Origin: Camelus dromedarius
Taxonomy: Eukaryota
Length of the DNA stretch: 64,000 bases
Direction of reading: 5' to 3'
Assembly (NCBI RefSeq): GCF_036321535.1
Contig: NC_087436.1
Coordinates: 100,876,001 to 100,940,000, forward strand
Positions 1 to 12,062 of this stretch are shown one piece after another. The position numbers and the translations under genes were made by a program. Below the pieces are notes generated by a model that was given only the letters and a program-made list of their open reading frames with translations, searched no databases and had not been told where the DNA came from. Positions within the stretch are counted from its first letter, which is position 1. Each line of letters begins with the position of its first letter.

Positions 1-170
1 GTGTTTTAAGGATTTTAAATGAATATCACGACCGGTCAGGAGGCCTTCCTGCGGCTCCTGTGCATCTTCAGCTCTTCTTCATCTGCACCATCAGTACCCA
101 AATGATGGCTTTCAGTTGAGGGTAGGACATCCAAAAACAGATTTTAAATTAGATTCTACTCAGATTGACA

Positions 171-237
171 TTCTTTCCTTTCCTTTCTTTTCCTTTCCTT
201 TCCTTTTCTCTCCCTCCCTCCCTCCCTTCCTTTCTTT
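171..237. repeat. Polypyrimidine simple repeat (CTTTC/CCCT units)
   Basis: Directly visible pure C/T tract. Confidence 0.9.
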
Positions 238-3109
238 CAGAATTTCTAAACACTAAACACGTTTGAACTAAATTTTTTTAAAGCTGAAAATATGATGGAT
301 TAGCTTCCCAGAAAAGAAGAACTTCCAAATGACTTGGCTAGGCAGAGGCATATATTTTAAAATATTTTTTAAAAATATTATTTGAGAATTGTTTAATGTT
401 CCAGAAGAAGAACAACTAATGACCTAAAATTAGTATAGGATTTAAGATGTTCCCAGTGACTGATTTCAATTCTCTGTCAGAGTAAATCTGCGTGCTGTAA
501 TGACAGCAGAGCTTTCTCAAAATTGACACAAGCTTTGCTCCTGTCTTACCAAGGTGGATGTGGATTTAAAAGAGGATGATGGGTTTTATAAGACTTTGAG
601 GGGTCATCTCACTTAAATGCAGAATTCTGCACTCAGTGATTTACTCAACAGTTACTTGGTTCTGCCTACAAGGGGATGGTGGGAATTATAGAATTAATTT
701 AAACATGGATCCTGTCTTCAGGATGTAGAGAATTTAAGAAACGGGGACAAATATATAGGGAACTTCCAATTGTTAGAAAGTAATGACTTTCATAAGATAA
801 GTATAATAAATTATGTGAAATGTTTATGGAAGAATAAATAATGCTATTTATATTAAAATGAACCCATGTTTGTATTGAGAAATTGTTTATTTGAAACTTT
901 TGAATTGTCACAGTTCAAAATTTGTTCAAATTATGACTACCTTTTTTTTTGTCCAGCATTTCATTAACATGTCTGTCATTGTCTAATATTTATGAAGTAA
1001 GTTCTGTAAGTTCAATTTTTTTGTACAGAACATTTGGTATCTACTGATATATAGATATTAATTCCTTCTTCAGAGTGAATCCAGTGCACATGTGCAAAGT
1101 CAAGTGGCAAGTTGAAAGAATCTTCTATTTAATAAATAAAATTTAGCTTTTGTCATTGAGTCTGATATTAGAAATGACAACATTGGTCCACAACAGTCCC
1201 CACTCACATTCACAAGAGACATCATGAATAATATCTCCACTCACCCTTCCCAACAGAGACTGACCCCCACTTCCCAGTCCTCCTAAACTCAGTATTGGAT
1301 GAAAGATGAAACCGTTTTTCCACCCCTGATAATTTCAGCCAGTTATCTCCATCTGTCATTTACCTCTACAGAGAAACAGATACAGCTTCATCCAAACTGG
1401 AAAAGTTGTGTTTTTAGCAATACCATAAAGATGCTAATATACTAGTAGGGAAAAACATATTGGTTTGATAAATATCCTTTCTAGAAAATCATTTGGCACA
1501 TTTAGATATACGATGAATAATGGTGGAAAAAATGAATTAATGAATACTAAAATAGTAACTACGTCTCAGTATTATGATAATTCTCATTGCTCTATCAAAT
1601 ATGTCAAATATATACCAGAGTCTTGAGTGCCACTCAATGAAAAGCTCAGTGTCTTTAACGGAACTAAAGGAAAGAAACAGCTCTAAGGCACAGCACCCAT
1701 CGCTAAACTGAGCTGGAACCTAGGGCAACATGGGAAAGTTTAAGTTTGGCCCAGGTCAGTTGGATTCCTGACTTTTTTACTCAAGACAGATTCCAAAGTA
1801 CCTTTAACTCTTTCCCAATGGCTTAAAATTTTGAAGCATAATCCAGCAAACATAATATAAAATTCACAGATTTTTAGTCAGAATGCTACATAATTTCATG
1901 GTTACCACTGGTGCTCACACTTAGCTTAATTTACGTATTTTATGTAACGCTTACTGTTTATTTTCTATCCTACTCACCCTCCTCTATACAACTAGCATTT
2001 GAAACTATACTGAGAGAAAATAAGGGGCAAGAATTTTCCAGGGATGGCAAAGTCATCGTGACCTGTATGAGTCTTTCAGGCAGCCCCATAAACTACTCTT
2101 GCAAATCATGGTGCCAACGCCGCTGAAAATGCCACATAAGTGGTCAAGACACGAAGACCTTGTTCACCTCGGCTACCTCACATGTGAAGGGATGGTATCA
2201 GCCCAGTTTAACTAAAGCCTTGGACATGGTGGTGGGCTCTCACGAGGTTACAAGTTTCTATGAAACCCAAAATACTCATAAAAGCAGCATTTTGATTACT
2301 GCCTGTAACAGTCAGAAAAGTTCATAAACAGTGTTTATGGACCTTGTTATAACCAAATTCACTTTTGATAAACCAAAGATGTCTCACACTTTTCCCAGAG
2401 AGTTACTTCTCTGAGGGTGTCAGATACAATGATGCCTGAAGAATCGACAAAGATGAAAATATGCTTCAAGATATTTTGAGCATAAGGCAGACTTTTCTGG
2501 GGTCAGAGGCACGTACTTACGAGGAGGGCTTAGTGCTCTCAAGAGCATTTCTCTCCCTTCCACTAACCGGGTCTGGTCTTGTAGGAATCTTTTAAAACTA
2601 CACCTAGAGAAGTATTTTTATATATTCCATAGCTCCCAGGAATAAGAGAATGAAGTGTTGTCACATCAGTATCTTTTTCCCCTAGGTTCTCTGTAAATAA
2701 TATTATTTGTGGGGAGAGAAAGAGAGAAGCATTAAACCATACCTGAGGCATTTGGATACAATGGAGGTTTTTCTCATCTGTTTTGCAAGACAAAGAATAA
2801 ATGTGAATTCATCGGCAATAACAGGCTGAATTCTCTGAGCTGGCAAAACGTATATTTTAAACTGATTTTCTGTTGTGTGAGATCCAATTACTTTTGTCAA
2901 ACTGGTTTAAAATTCAATATCACTTTCTCCTGTCCATGATTATGAGAAGGAAGGAAAGCATAGAATATGTATGTTTTAAAGAATTCTTTTCCTAGTTATG
3001 CGAGTTATAATAAAGAATTCATTACATTGTATTAATATTATTACTTAAAGTAAAATTTAAGAAAAATATGAGTCCTACAGTTTCCCATAAAGTGAATGAA
3101 TATAACTTA

Positions 3110-3112
<3 letters not shown>

Positions 3113-3144
<32 letters not shown>
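3113..3144. repeat. (TA)16 microsatellite
   Basis: Perfect TA run. Confidence 0.97.
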
Positions 3145-3149
<5 letters not shown>

Positions 3150-6097
3150 AAACTTTAAAAACAAAATTTATTTGACGATCATGCTAGCTGTAGAAAATTA
3201 AAGAATGAGCTGAAAATAAAGAATTCATACTAAATAGCTGCACATATTTCACAACAAAACTGTGAAGTTATCACATCAATCATCTTACCAAACTACTTTC
3301 TCTTTCCCAGTTGAATACATTAAAGGGAATAAAAACCATCCATAATAATAACGTAGCAAAAATTCAAAGGACTGCTAATAATACTTAACATCCTTTAAAA
3401 AAATCATTACACACCAAAAAATCATCAAAATATACTGTTTGTTCATAAGCGTCTCTGTGTTCTTTGTTCAGCGCGTGCGGTTCTGTTGAATTCAAGCTGA
3501 ACGTGACAACGCGTGACGCGCTGTTTATTTCGCTCTGCACTGTCCTGTGTACGCTGTTTCTTCCATTTGTAGATTTTCAGTCAGTGAAAGTAGGGGGAGG
3601 GACAGAAAGAGGTCAGAACTGACAGCAAAACTGAATCAGTGCGTCCCATGCCAATGAAGTAATGAAAAACCGCACTGTTCCTACAGCGGCAATAACGAAC
3701 ATAAATAGACAAAGAACGTTGAACAGCTACTGGGAGGAAAAGAATGAAGCATCCATTTCAAGAAAGAACCTTTTTCTGCCATCACAGATAGCTTTGTGGA
3801 CTGGCTAAATTAGGATGCCATATAACAATTTCATGCTTTAAGAGAAGTCTTTGAAAGACAGCTCTTGCGTATTTTATTTAAGGGGTCTGATTTAGTAACA
3901 GGAGTTTTGCTTGTTGTAATAGGTGTACAGGCTCAAGTCGCTCTCTCTCCTCCTTCCCTCTTCTCTTTCTCCCAATCTCTCCCCCTCTCACAAAAGAAGA
4001 GCATTTTGAATACAGATTTGAGTGATTTACAGGCCTCTGAACAGATGATGACCTAGAAGGCAGGATCTCAGTGGATTCTGGGTATTTAAAATAATATCAA
4101 TATACTGATTTAGTATTTACCCACCAAGGCCATGCAAATATGTAATGACCCATCACCTAAATGTCAGAAGTCATAGTATGGTTGTAATTATATGAGGTGA
4201 TTTCTCTGACTAGACAAGTTTTTAATTGGAAAAAAAAAGAAAGACAGAATAGTATGAAACCATTTGAATGGAAGGCTTATGAACTTAAAGTGCCTAACTT
4301 CTAAATTTATCAAATTGTCTATAAATTAAGTGACAATGTGTTAAGAGTTTGGTAGATTGTTGTGAAGAGTTATTTAGTGATTTGCAAAATTTCTCATAGC
4401 CACGTGGTCAAAGCTCGAGAAAAAACATTTCTGAGACTATGTTAAAGTTAATTCTTGAACACAGAATAAAATAAACTTCTTATGGTATTTCAGTAAGATT
4501 TTGGATTTGCCTATGCAGTATGATACTATAAGCGGACAATTTACAGGATAAGCCATAAAATGCCTAATTTTCAGCTCCCCTATGTCACAAAATTTTTAAA
4601 AAGCTAATTTGCTAATATAGAAGAGATGGAAACAATATGTAACATATCTCCCTAATGAGCATTTATTCTGTTAAGTAAAGTTTTTTTAAGATATAATACA
4701 TAGGCATCATCACAATTAAAATGCAAAATATTTCACTTTAATAATATAATTATCCTGTGATTTTCTCTTAATAGTCAAACAGAGGATTCCTTCAACTTGC
4801 CACTTGACTGCCGATGAACATTTCGTTCACTCTGAAGGAGGAATTTGTGTACATGCGTACATAGGAAGTTACCAAATATTCTATACAAAAAAAGGAATTT
4901 ATAGTATTTACTTATTTCATAAATATTAGACAAAAGAGACATGTTAATGGAATACTGGACAAAAAAAGGCAGTCACAATTTGAACAAATTTTGACCTATT
5001 ACAATTCAAAGATTTCCAGCAGACAAAGTCCAAATACAGAAAAAAGGTCAATTTTAATATTAAATAGCATTTTTGCTTGCAATGCTAGATCTGCTTGATT
5101 AAAAAAAAATAACAATACAAATAAAAAGGGAGCATAAAGGAAAACCTGAAAAAATGAATCAGCTTTCCTCTACACAGGATCTGAGCAATTATCCTGAAAT
5201 TCACGTAGTGTAAAGAATAGCAGTCCTAGACAGTAAATCTGACTATTATCCCAAATAGCATAATTACCTCGTCTCTACTAAATATCCTGTGCTCTTTTCA
5301 AAAGGATGGGCAGAGGGACTAATTCTCTGTAGTTATGCAAATCCCGCCTAGAAAGAACACTATTGGTAATAACCATAGGTCAGTTTATTTCAAGATAATA
5401 TACCAGGTGTCTACATTGTCAAAATACCTGCATTGTAATTCCATTCCAGTGGCTGTTTTTAATTATGAGGTTCTTCTCAACAGGAAGCAATCCCACAGAG
5501 AACTGAAACAATTTATTTTAAATACTGTAAACAACAGAGAAGCTTTGCTTCATGGATTTGAGATTCCTCTTCATCCTGAGAGCTCACAGCATGTTACACC
5601 AACTGAGCACACAGTATTGATAAAGATAGATTCTCATTCAAAATGTTTTGCCTCCTGAAAGACCTTAAGTAGAGATTCAAATGGCTTTGATTCTTTGTGG
5701 TAATTCCTAAGTACTTGATTTTCTTTGTTTCCCTAATAACATTTATGGAAATACAAATCATTGTACAAATCAAATACACCAGTTCTACACAAAGTCCAAG
5801 GAAAACATTCAGATCAGATGCAGCTCTGGACACAAGAGGACAAAACTAATTTTTCGAATAATGAAATGTCTATAGGGTTCTTGTACCACATACTAGTAAC
5901 TAAATCTTATCTGCTTAAAGAAAGACATAGGACATCATCAAACCTCATCAGTTTGGGCAACTGAGGGGAGGTATACATTGATGCTTACAGGTTAATGAAT
6001 AAAAAGACAGCAAATGGGATTTAAAGAAACTTCAAGAAAAAGAAGTATCTCAGATAACTAACATCTGTCCCCGTACTGAACTTCTAGAATTTGCAAT

Positions 6098-6293
6098 AAC
6101 ATTTATAAAATGCTTATTAGATGCCACTCATGGTTCTAAATGCTTGCCTATTAACCCATTTAATGTTTTTGTCCTTATTTTTTTAAATCCTCATTTTGAT
6201 GAGTCACAATAAAGTTAAGTCACTTGTCCAAGTCACTGTGCTAGGAAGTGCCCTAGGCTGAATTTGAACTCAGTCTATCTCCTGAGTCCATGA
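6098..6293 (-). mobile_element. MIR SINE, degenerate
   Basis: Reverse-complement MIR core: cctcattttgatgag...gttaagtcacttgtccaagtcactgtgctaggaagtg...gaatttgaactcag. Confidence 0.75.
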
Positions 6294-6929
6294 CATACTA
6301 AGAGTACAGTTGAAGCCAGTAGTTAGAGCACAAAAGAAAAACTTTAAAAACTATAATCCTCTGTGGGAATGCTTTGACACAGAGGAGATTCTAAGTTAAT
6401 TATTGTGAAGCATGTTAGGGCTGGGAAGTCTTCATCTTCCTCTACTAGCTCTTAGGGTGTTCACGACACACAATTGCTTATTGGTGTCAGAATATATGAT
6501 GTTTGAAACTTCTGTGTCTCTGAGTTGTTGTTATTCTTATTTGCTTGTTTTTTTAATCATGGTTAGAGACTATGTCCACATATGAAAATTTGGAATGAAT
6601 ATCCGTATTATTTAAGCTAGTAAATAACAAAAAGTATTGAACTTCTGCTTAAATATTATTTTATATTGCAAATTACAAGATAAGCTCTAGGCCACATATA
6701 ATGTACATTGAAAATATTTGTTTGTACCTTGTAAGAGTAAGTCAATTTTCTAGAATAAATACGAACATGGATTTTAGGAATGAATCTTTATGAAATCACA
6801 AATATACTGACCTCAGCCAGAGTATCTGCAATGTGAATCTCAGTATGAAATTCTGTTGATAAATACAGACTTATATTTAACAATGACTTTTTTTGAAGTT
6901 TGGAAACTGTTTTAAAGTTTATTTATTAA

Positions 6930-7064
6930 TTTTTTTATTGAAGTATAGTCTGTTTACAATGCTGTGTTAATTTCTGGTGTATAGCACAGTGATTCAGATA
7001 TATATATGTACATTCTTTTTCATTATAGGTTTTCACAAGGTACTGAATAAAGTTCCCTGTGCTA
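6930..7064 (-). mobile_element. 5'-truncated young L1 3' end (same family as 47580-48250)
   Basis: Poly-T then attgaagtatagtc..gtttacaat..cattataggt..caaggta.tgaata.agttcc.tgtgcta, which aligns to the reverse complement of ~48084-48236 in this window. Confidence 0.88.
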
Positions 7065-7670
7065 ACCAGGTCTCAGCAACATTTCCTACATGAAAGTTAA
7101 CTTGATCCTTAGATGATGTAAAATGCTTTCGGTGTTTTAGATTTCAAGATTTATCCTCTGATATTCAAAGCCATGAACTGCTGGGTCAAAACAATGAATT
7201 TCCTTCAGCAATATCTTTCTTGGTGTATGTGAGATGACAAACTAGTTTTCAATCTTTCAGCTTAATCAGCAAAACTCATTTTACAGCTAATGGAAATTCA
7301 CATCTCTTAGTTTCCCTAATTGAACAAATAAAACTTCGCAGATGCTTTTCAGGCAAAGATGACAAGGCAGAAGGGTTGCCAGTAAGTCATTAACACAATT
7401 TAAAACTTGTAAGAAGGTATCAGACATTTGATTAGTTTTTCTTTCTCTTTCCACTAAACAGCTTAGTTGAACAAACACAGTCTACGCTCTCTGTATTTCT
7501 TGTTAACTTCTCCAGGCATGGTAAAATTTAATGTCAGTAGAGAGCCACTAACTGAACTTAATCTTGGTCCCACATAAGTATATGACATCAGTTTTCTTAG
7601 CAGGAAAATACTAAATAATCAATAACAGATGATTAGCTTCACAAGTGGTTATCTGTACGGGAAAGCTGTC

Positions 7671-7922
7671 TATCGTGGATGGTGAGAGTGTTGGCACTTC
7701 GGATCCAAGAGTGTCGGTGTTGGAATCACAGCTCCAGCAATAAGATAGGTGACCTTGAGGAATTTTTAATGCTTTTCTCCTGAGTTTCCTCAGCTGCAAA
7801 CTGGGATAAAAATAGTACCAACCTCCCATGGTTGCTGTGAATATTAAATGAAATAAATAATACATGGAACAAACTTAGAACAGGCTTAGGCAGCCAGGAG
7901 CGTTTTGAGTATTCAATAAACA
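7671..7922 (+). mobile_element. MIR SINE, near full length
   Basis: gtgaccttg...agtttcctcagctgcaaactgggataaaaatagtaccaacctcccatggttgctgtgaatattaaatga...ttagaacagg...tcaataaa follows the MIR consensus order. Confidence 0.85.
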
Positions 7923-8649
7923 CTACTCTGATGGTGATTGTTCTGTGCATCCTTTTCATTGCTGATTAATAACATCGAGCCTTCAGCGGGGCCACACACT
8001 TGCCTTGGGCAGTCAGTTTACACTGAGGCTAAAAATTTTTGGATGGCTGTCAGTTGAGTCTAAGGCAAGATTGTAATGAAATCTGCCTGATTTATAGGAA
8101 AATGAAAAACAATTTAGGAATCTATCACCTACATTATCAATATCAGGTGAAGCACTGGCTGTACCAATGGCAAACCACAGCAGAGTACTCATATTAGGTA
8201 CTTGGTAACACATGTTTGGGAAAGCAAACCATGTCTTCCATGGTTTCAACCAGGAGAATATCAATTTGGTTAGGACTTCCAGAAATAAGCCTTTATATAA
8301 GAAGCACATGACAATGAACATATATTTGTCTGGTCCTTTGTATATTAAAAATTAAATAAATTGATTTAAAGCTAGAAATAAAAGCCAGCTGATATTCACC
8401 ATGATATTTTTAACCTCTAAATGAATACATGTCCATCATGTAACAATTTAACAATGAATTTGATCTATCCTTTTATATCTTTGATTAATTCGGTCGTTCC
8501 ATGGCTCAATTTTTTGTCTGTTTGCACTGCTTTGTTTTGTACGGGAAAAGACTGAGACTGACAAACTTACAGTAGTAAAAATGGGTAAAGACATTTCAAA
8601 AGTAGAGCAATCGATGATTCTTTTTGCATGGTCCTAAGGTAAAGTCCTA

Positions 8650-9073
8650 AAATGGTTCTAATTCTCTGCCCTTTCCTGTTCCATTGCCTGTTTTGCCATT
8701 TGACTTCGTAGCTTCTCTCATCACACAGTGGAGCTGCCTCCTCACACTAATTAGGCCTGGCCTTGGGACTGGCTTTGGACAATGGAATGAGGTGGAAGCA
8801 GCAAAGCAACACCTCCCACATTTGGGTGTTCCTGCTTTTGTTTTATTCCTGCCAAGCCATGAGGATAAGCCTGAGCTAGCCTGTTGGGTTAGAGTCGCCC
8901 TGTTGTCCCAGCAGAAGACAAATGAAAGAGTCTATTCAAGGTCAGCAAAGCAACCCCCTGGCAACCCCCAGTGGGCCAGAGAGCACCCCACCAAGAACAG
9001 CTCAGCGTGGCCCAGATGGGAAGAGCCACTCAACCACTAATAAATGCTTATTGTCTTAAGCCACTGAGTCTTG
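8650..9073 (+). mobile_element. MaLR LTR, MLT1F/G/H-like
   Basis: ggccttgggactggctttggacaatggaatgaggtggaag and 3' aataaatgcttattgtcttaagccactgagt are typical MLT1 blocks. Confidence 0.75.
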
Positions 9074-9189
9074 CAATCTTCTCTGCACAGTTTATTCTTT
9101 TTCATTATATGACTAACGCACATAATGCTCAATGTGCAGTTGGGAGGAGAGTGACTGAATCAATCAATATTTGCTAATACATGATATCT

Positions 9190-9310
9190 ACAATTTATTG
9201 CAAAGTTACTTTGTGCCAGGAATGTTCCAAATCTCTTACGTAAATGATCTCAGTTAATTTCCTCCCCAGTAAAAACAGCCATTGTGAGCCTTACCTTTTC
9301 CAGCTGGGAG
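9190..9310 (-). mobile_element. MIR 3' fragment
   Basis: atttattg..ttactttgtgccagg..cttacgtaaatgatctcagttaat resembles the reverse MIR tail. Confidence 0.5.
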
Positions 9311-9991
9311 GCAGGTGCCTACAGAATCACGAAAATAGGATTTGTCTCTTCTTGTGGCATTTTTGCCGAGAATGGGTTTCCAGGTTTCCATGTGGCACAA
9401 ACACTGAATCACTGAAGCAGCGATTAACTTAGTTAAGAGGATTATTCAATTACTTGGAATCCTCTCCCCCTCTCTCTTTCTCAGATAATTAGAGTGTATA
9501 TTTTGCTGGATGCCTTATGTTTCAGTCCACTGTTATTGCAGCTCTCTTTTTAGAAAGTCAGTTTATGTCAGCTGAATTCTACATTTCTCTCACTACTAAC
9601 TTTTTTCAGAAATCTCTATTACTTGAAATTTCATATTTAAGAAGAAAAATTCAGGTTTTAGCGTGGGGCATAGGAATAGAGTGATATTTACTGACTTTAT
9701 ATTATAAACATGGCCATGGTCTATGTTAGCCTTGGAGATTAAAGCAATTTTAAGATAAACTTTTCCTTTCATTGGCCCAGTAATATATCTTTCGTCCTCT
9801 GTAGTTTTCTTTGTAAATATGACAAACTAAAATTGAAGCAGTACTATGTTTTATATGTTAGGGCTTTGCCTTAAGCTGGTTCATTTAGCTGGCATAAAAA
9901 TGACTGAGTTTTTGGTTATTCATAAGTGAATTTAATGACAACTACAAATAAAAAAAACTTTGCTAATCAAACTTTTCCATGTAAAGGCATT

Positions 9992-10122
9992 TTACATATA
10001 TAATTATATATGTAATTCTTATATATGTAATTATATATGATATATAATTTATAATAATTGAATATCAATTATATATAAAATAGAAATATATTATATATAA
10101 TAATATATAAATGCATATAAAA
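9992..10122. repeat. AT-rich low-complexity (degenerate TA) tract
   Basis: Almost exclusively A/T with recurring atatat units. Confidence 0.85.
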
Positions 10123-11426
10123 TTCCAATGAGATAAGGAATTTCATACACATTTTAAGGAACATAAATTTCTTATTCAAGTTAACATAGAAAAAAATCAG
10201 AAGGCTTTAGCTTCACAGACTTAAGACTATAATTCCCCCACTAAATTATGAACTACTTTTATTTCTCCCAGCTAAGAACTGTGAACTTTTTAAGATACAT
10301 ATTGAGACAGAATCTATTACGCCAAAGCCCAAAGACAAAGATTAGAAGCTCTAGTCCCAGATGCCGAGCTCACTGGTACCTGACTCAAAGGAATATTATA
10401 CTAACATCTCTTATCATTTTGACTGATGTCCTGTTTCTGTCTCAGAAGAAAAGAATATTTTCCTTCCCCATCATCTGTGCAGGCTAAAGCAGGCGGGATA
10501 TTGCTTTTGACTCATTCTAATTACCAAGACCGCTTTCTCACTCTCTCATTACACCACTGGGGTGTCTCTCTGCTGAACTACACCGCTTCAGCGATTCAGT
10601 GTGGCAGTTAACGGGCCTTCCATCACATATATTTGTATCACCCGTCCCCGCTTCATTGCGAAAAAGAAAAAAAAAATGCAAATGCAAAATGCATTTCTAT
10701 CACCATTTAGCCTTCAATTTACATTCTATCACCCATGTATTCACATCATTACTGGTATACATTAGTGCTTAGTCATAACAAGAATTGGGTAATTTTGTCA
10801 GCTAGATATACGTTGCTTTGAGAATACATGAACAGTGTAGATAAGGTTAAGTTTTTACAACAGGGAGTATTACAGAAAAACAGCTTGAAAACTAAAAATA
10901 AAGAAAATGTATTACATAAATTAAAAAGTAAAGAAAATAAGTAAATGATATTAGCTTTTTCGAGTGTGAGTAGTTATCAAATAATTATCCAGAAGTTAGT
11001 AGAGTTTACAAGTATCACGCAGGCTGAGGACGTTAAAAGATTAATGGTTAGAAAACCATAATGGATTATTAATGGAGGCTGGAATGGTCATCCTTAATTT
11101 AACTTCTTAAACTAGGGACTAATGTCAAGAATGAAGCTCATGCTGTTTCACAAATCACACTGCATGCCGCTTTCGGAAAGAGAATGCTATTCTAAAAGAA
11201 TTTCTGAACCAGTACTACAAGTCTACATAAGATCCCTTTAAAATGAGTGTGGTCATTTCACCCACTACCTTTTCTTCTGTTGCAAATAATTTTATGATAA
11301 TTGATGTGAAATAAAGAGTCAAATGCTGGCTTTCAGGGGCCAGGAAGTATGGTTAATAATGTTAAATAGAAAATATCATGGCATTCATATTTTAGCCCAA
11401 AGGCAGATCCACTTTTAGCACTGAAC

Positions 11427-11472
11427 CCAATCAGGAAGTGGGCTCTTCCATCTAAAGGAACAGAGTATAAAA
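11427..11472 (+). promoter_or_regulatory. Putative Pol II core promoter (CCAAT + ETS + TATA)
   Basis: CCAAT 11427-11431, CAGGAAGT 11432-11439, TATAAAA 11466-11472 in canonical spacing; motif evidence only. Confidence 0.3.
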
Positions 11473-12012
11473 CCTCCTTTTCATCACCAGGGGACACGGG
11501 GAAGTCTCACTTCATCAGACGCGGAGAGAGCCATGTTCGTAGCAAGAGAAGCTCTATTCTATGCACAATGTGTACCTGGTGGCCAGCGTACTGCAGAGAC
11601 CAAAGGAAGAAAAGCAGATCCTTCACAAAAGCACATACAAAGATCCTGTATATTCAGAAATTTTTGCACCAACGCTGACAGAAAGTTTGAACATTTCTGC
11701 AAATAACATTAAGGGTTCAATTCAAGAAAGCCACTTCCCAGCACAGATACAAGGTCAGTGAAGGTGGAAAAAGAAAAATGGGAGACCCTCAGGAAGAAAC
11801 GGAATCAAAACTGGACCGGAAGGTAGATGATTGCCTTAAACATACCCTGATAAGTTTTTTTTGTTTTAACTAGTTTCTGTCATAAATAACATAAAATTAA
11901 CATAATACTCCTACTACATATCATTTAAAGTTTTAAAATATGCATCCTGTGCTTGTACTTAAATCCATAGAATGAGCTCTATAATTCTCTGTTAATACTC
12001 GTGATTGTCCCA

Positions 12013-12017
<5 letters not shown>

Positions 12018-12061
<44 letters not shown>
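12018..12061. repeat. (CA)22 microsatellite
   Basis: Perfect CA run. Confidence 0.97.

Positions 12062-12062
<1 letters not shown>

Noticed and set aside
1..30. Similarity to ~22012-22036 (both read ...KSLKH on the minus strand)
   Set aside because: Short, AT-rich and gapped; does not extend, so likely coincidence.
8684..9040. Longest ORF in the track (118 aa)
   Set aside because: Lies wholly inside an MLT1 LTR and has a non-ATG start; chance ORF.
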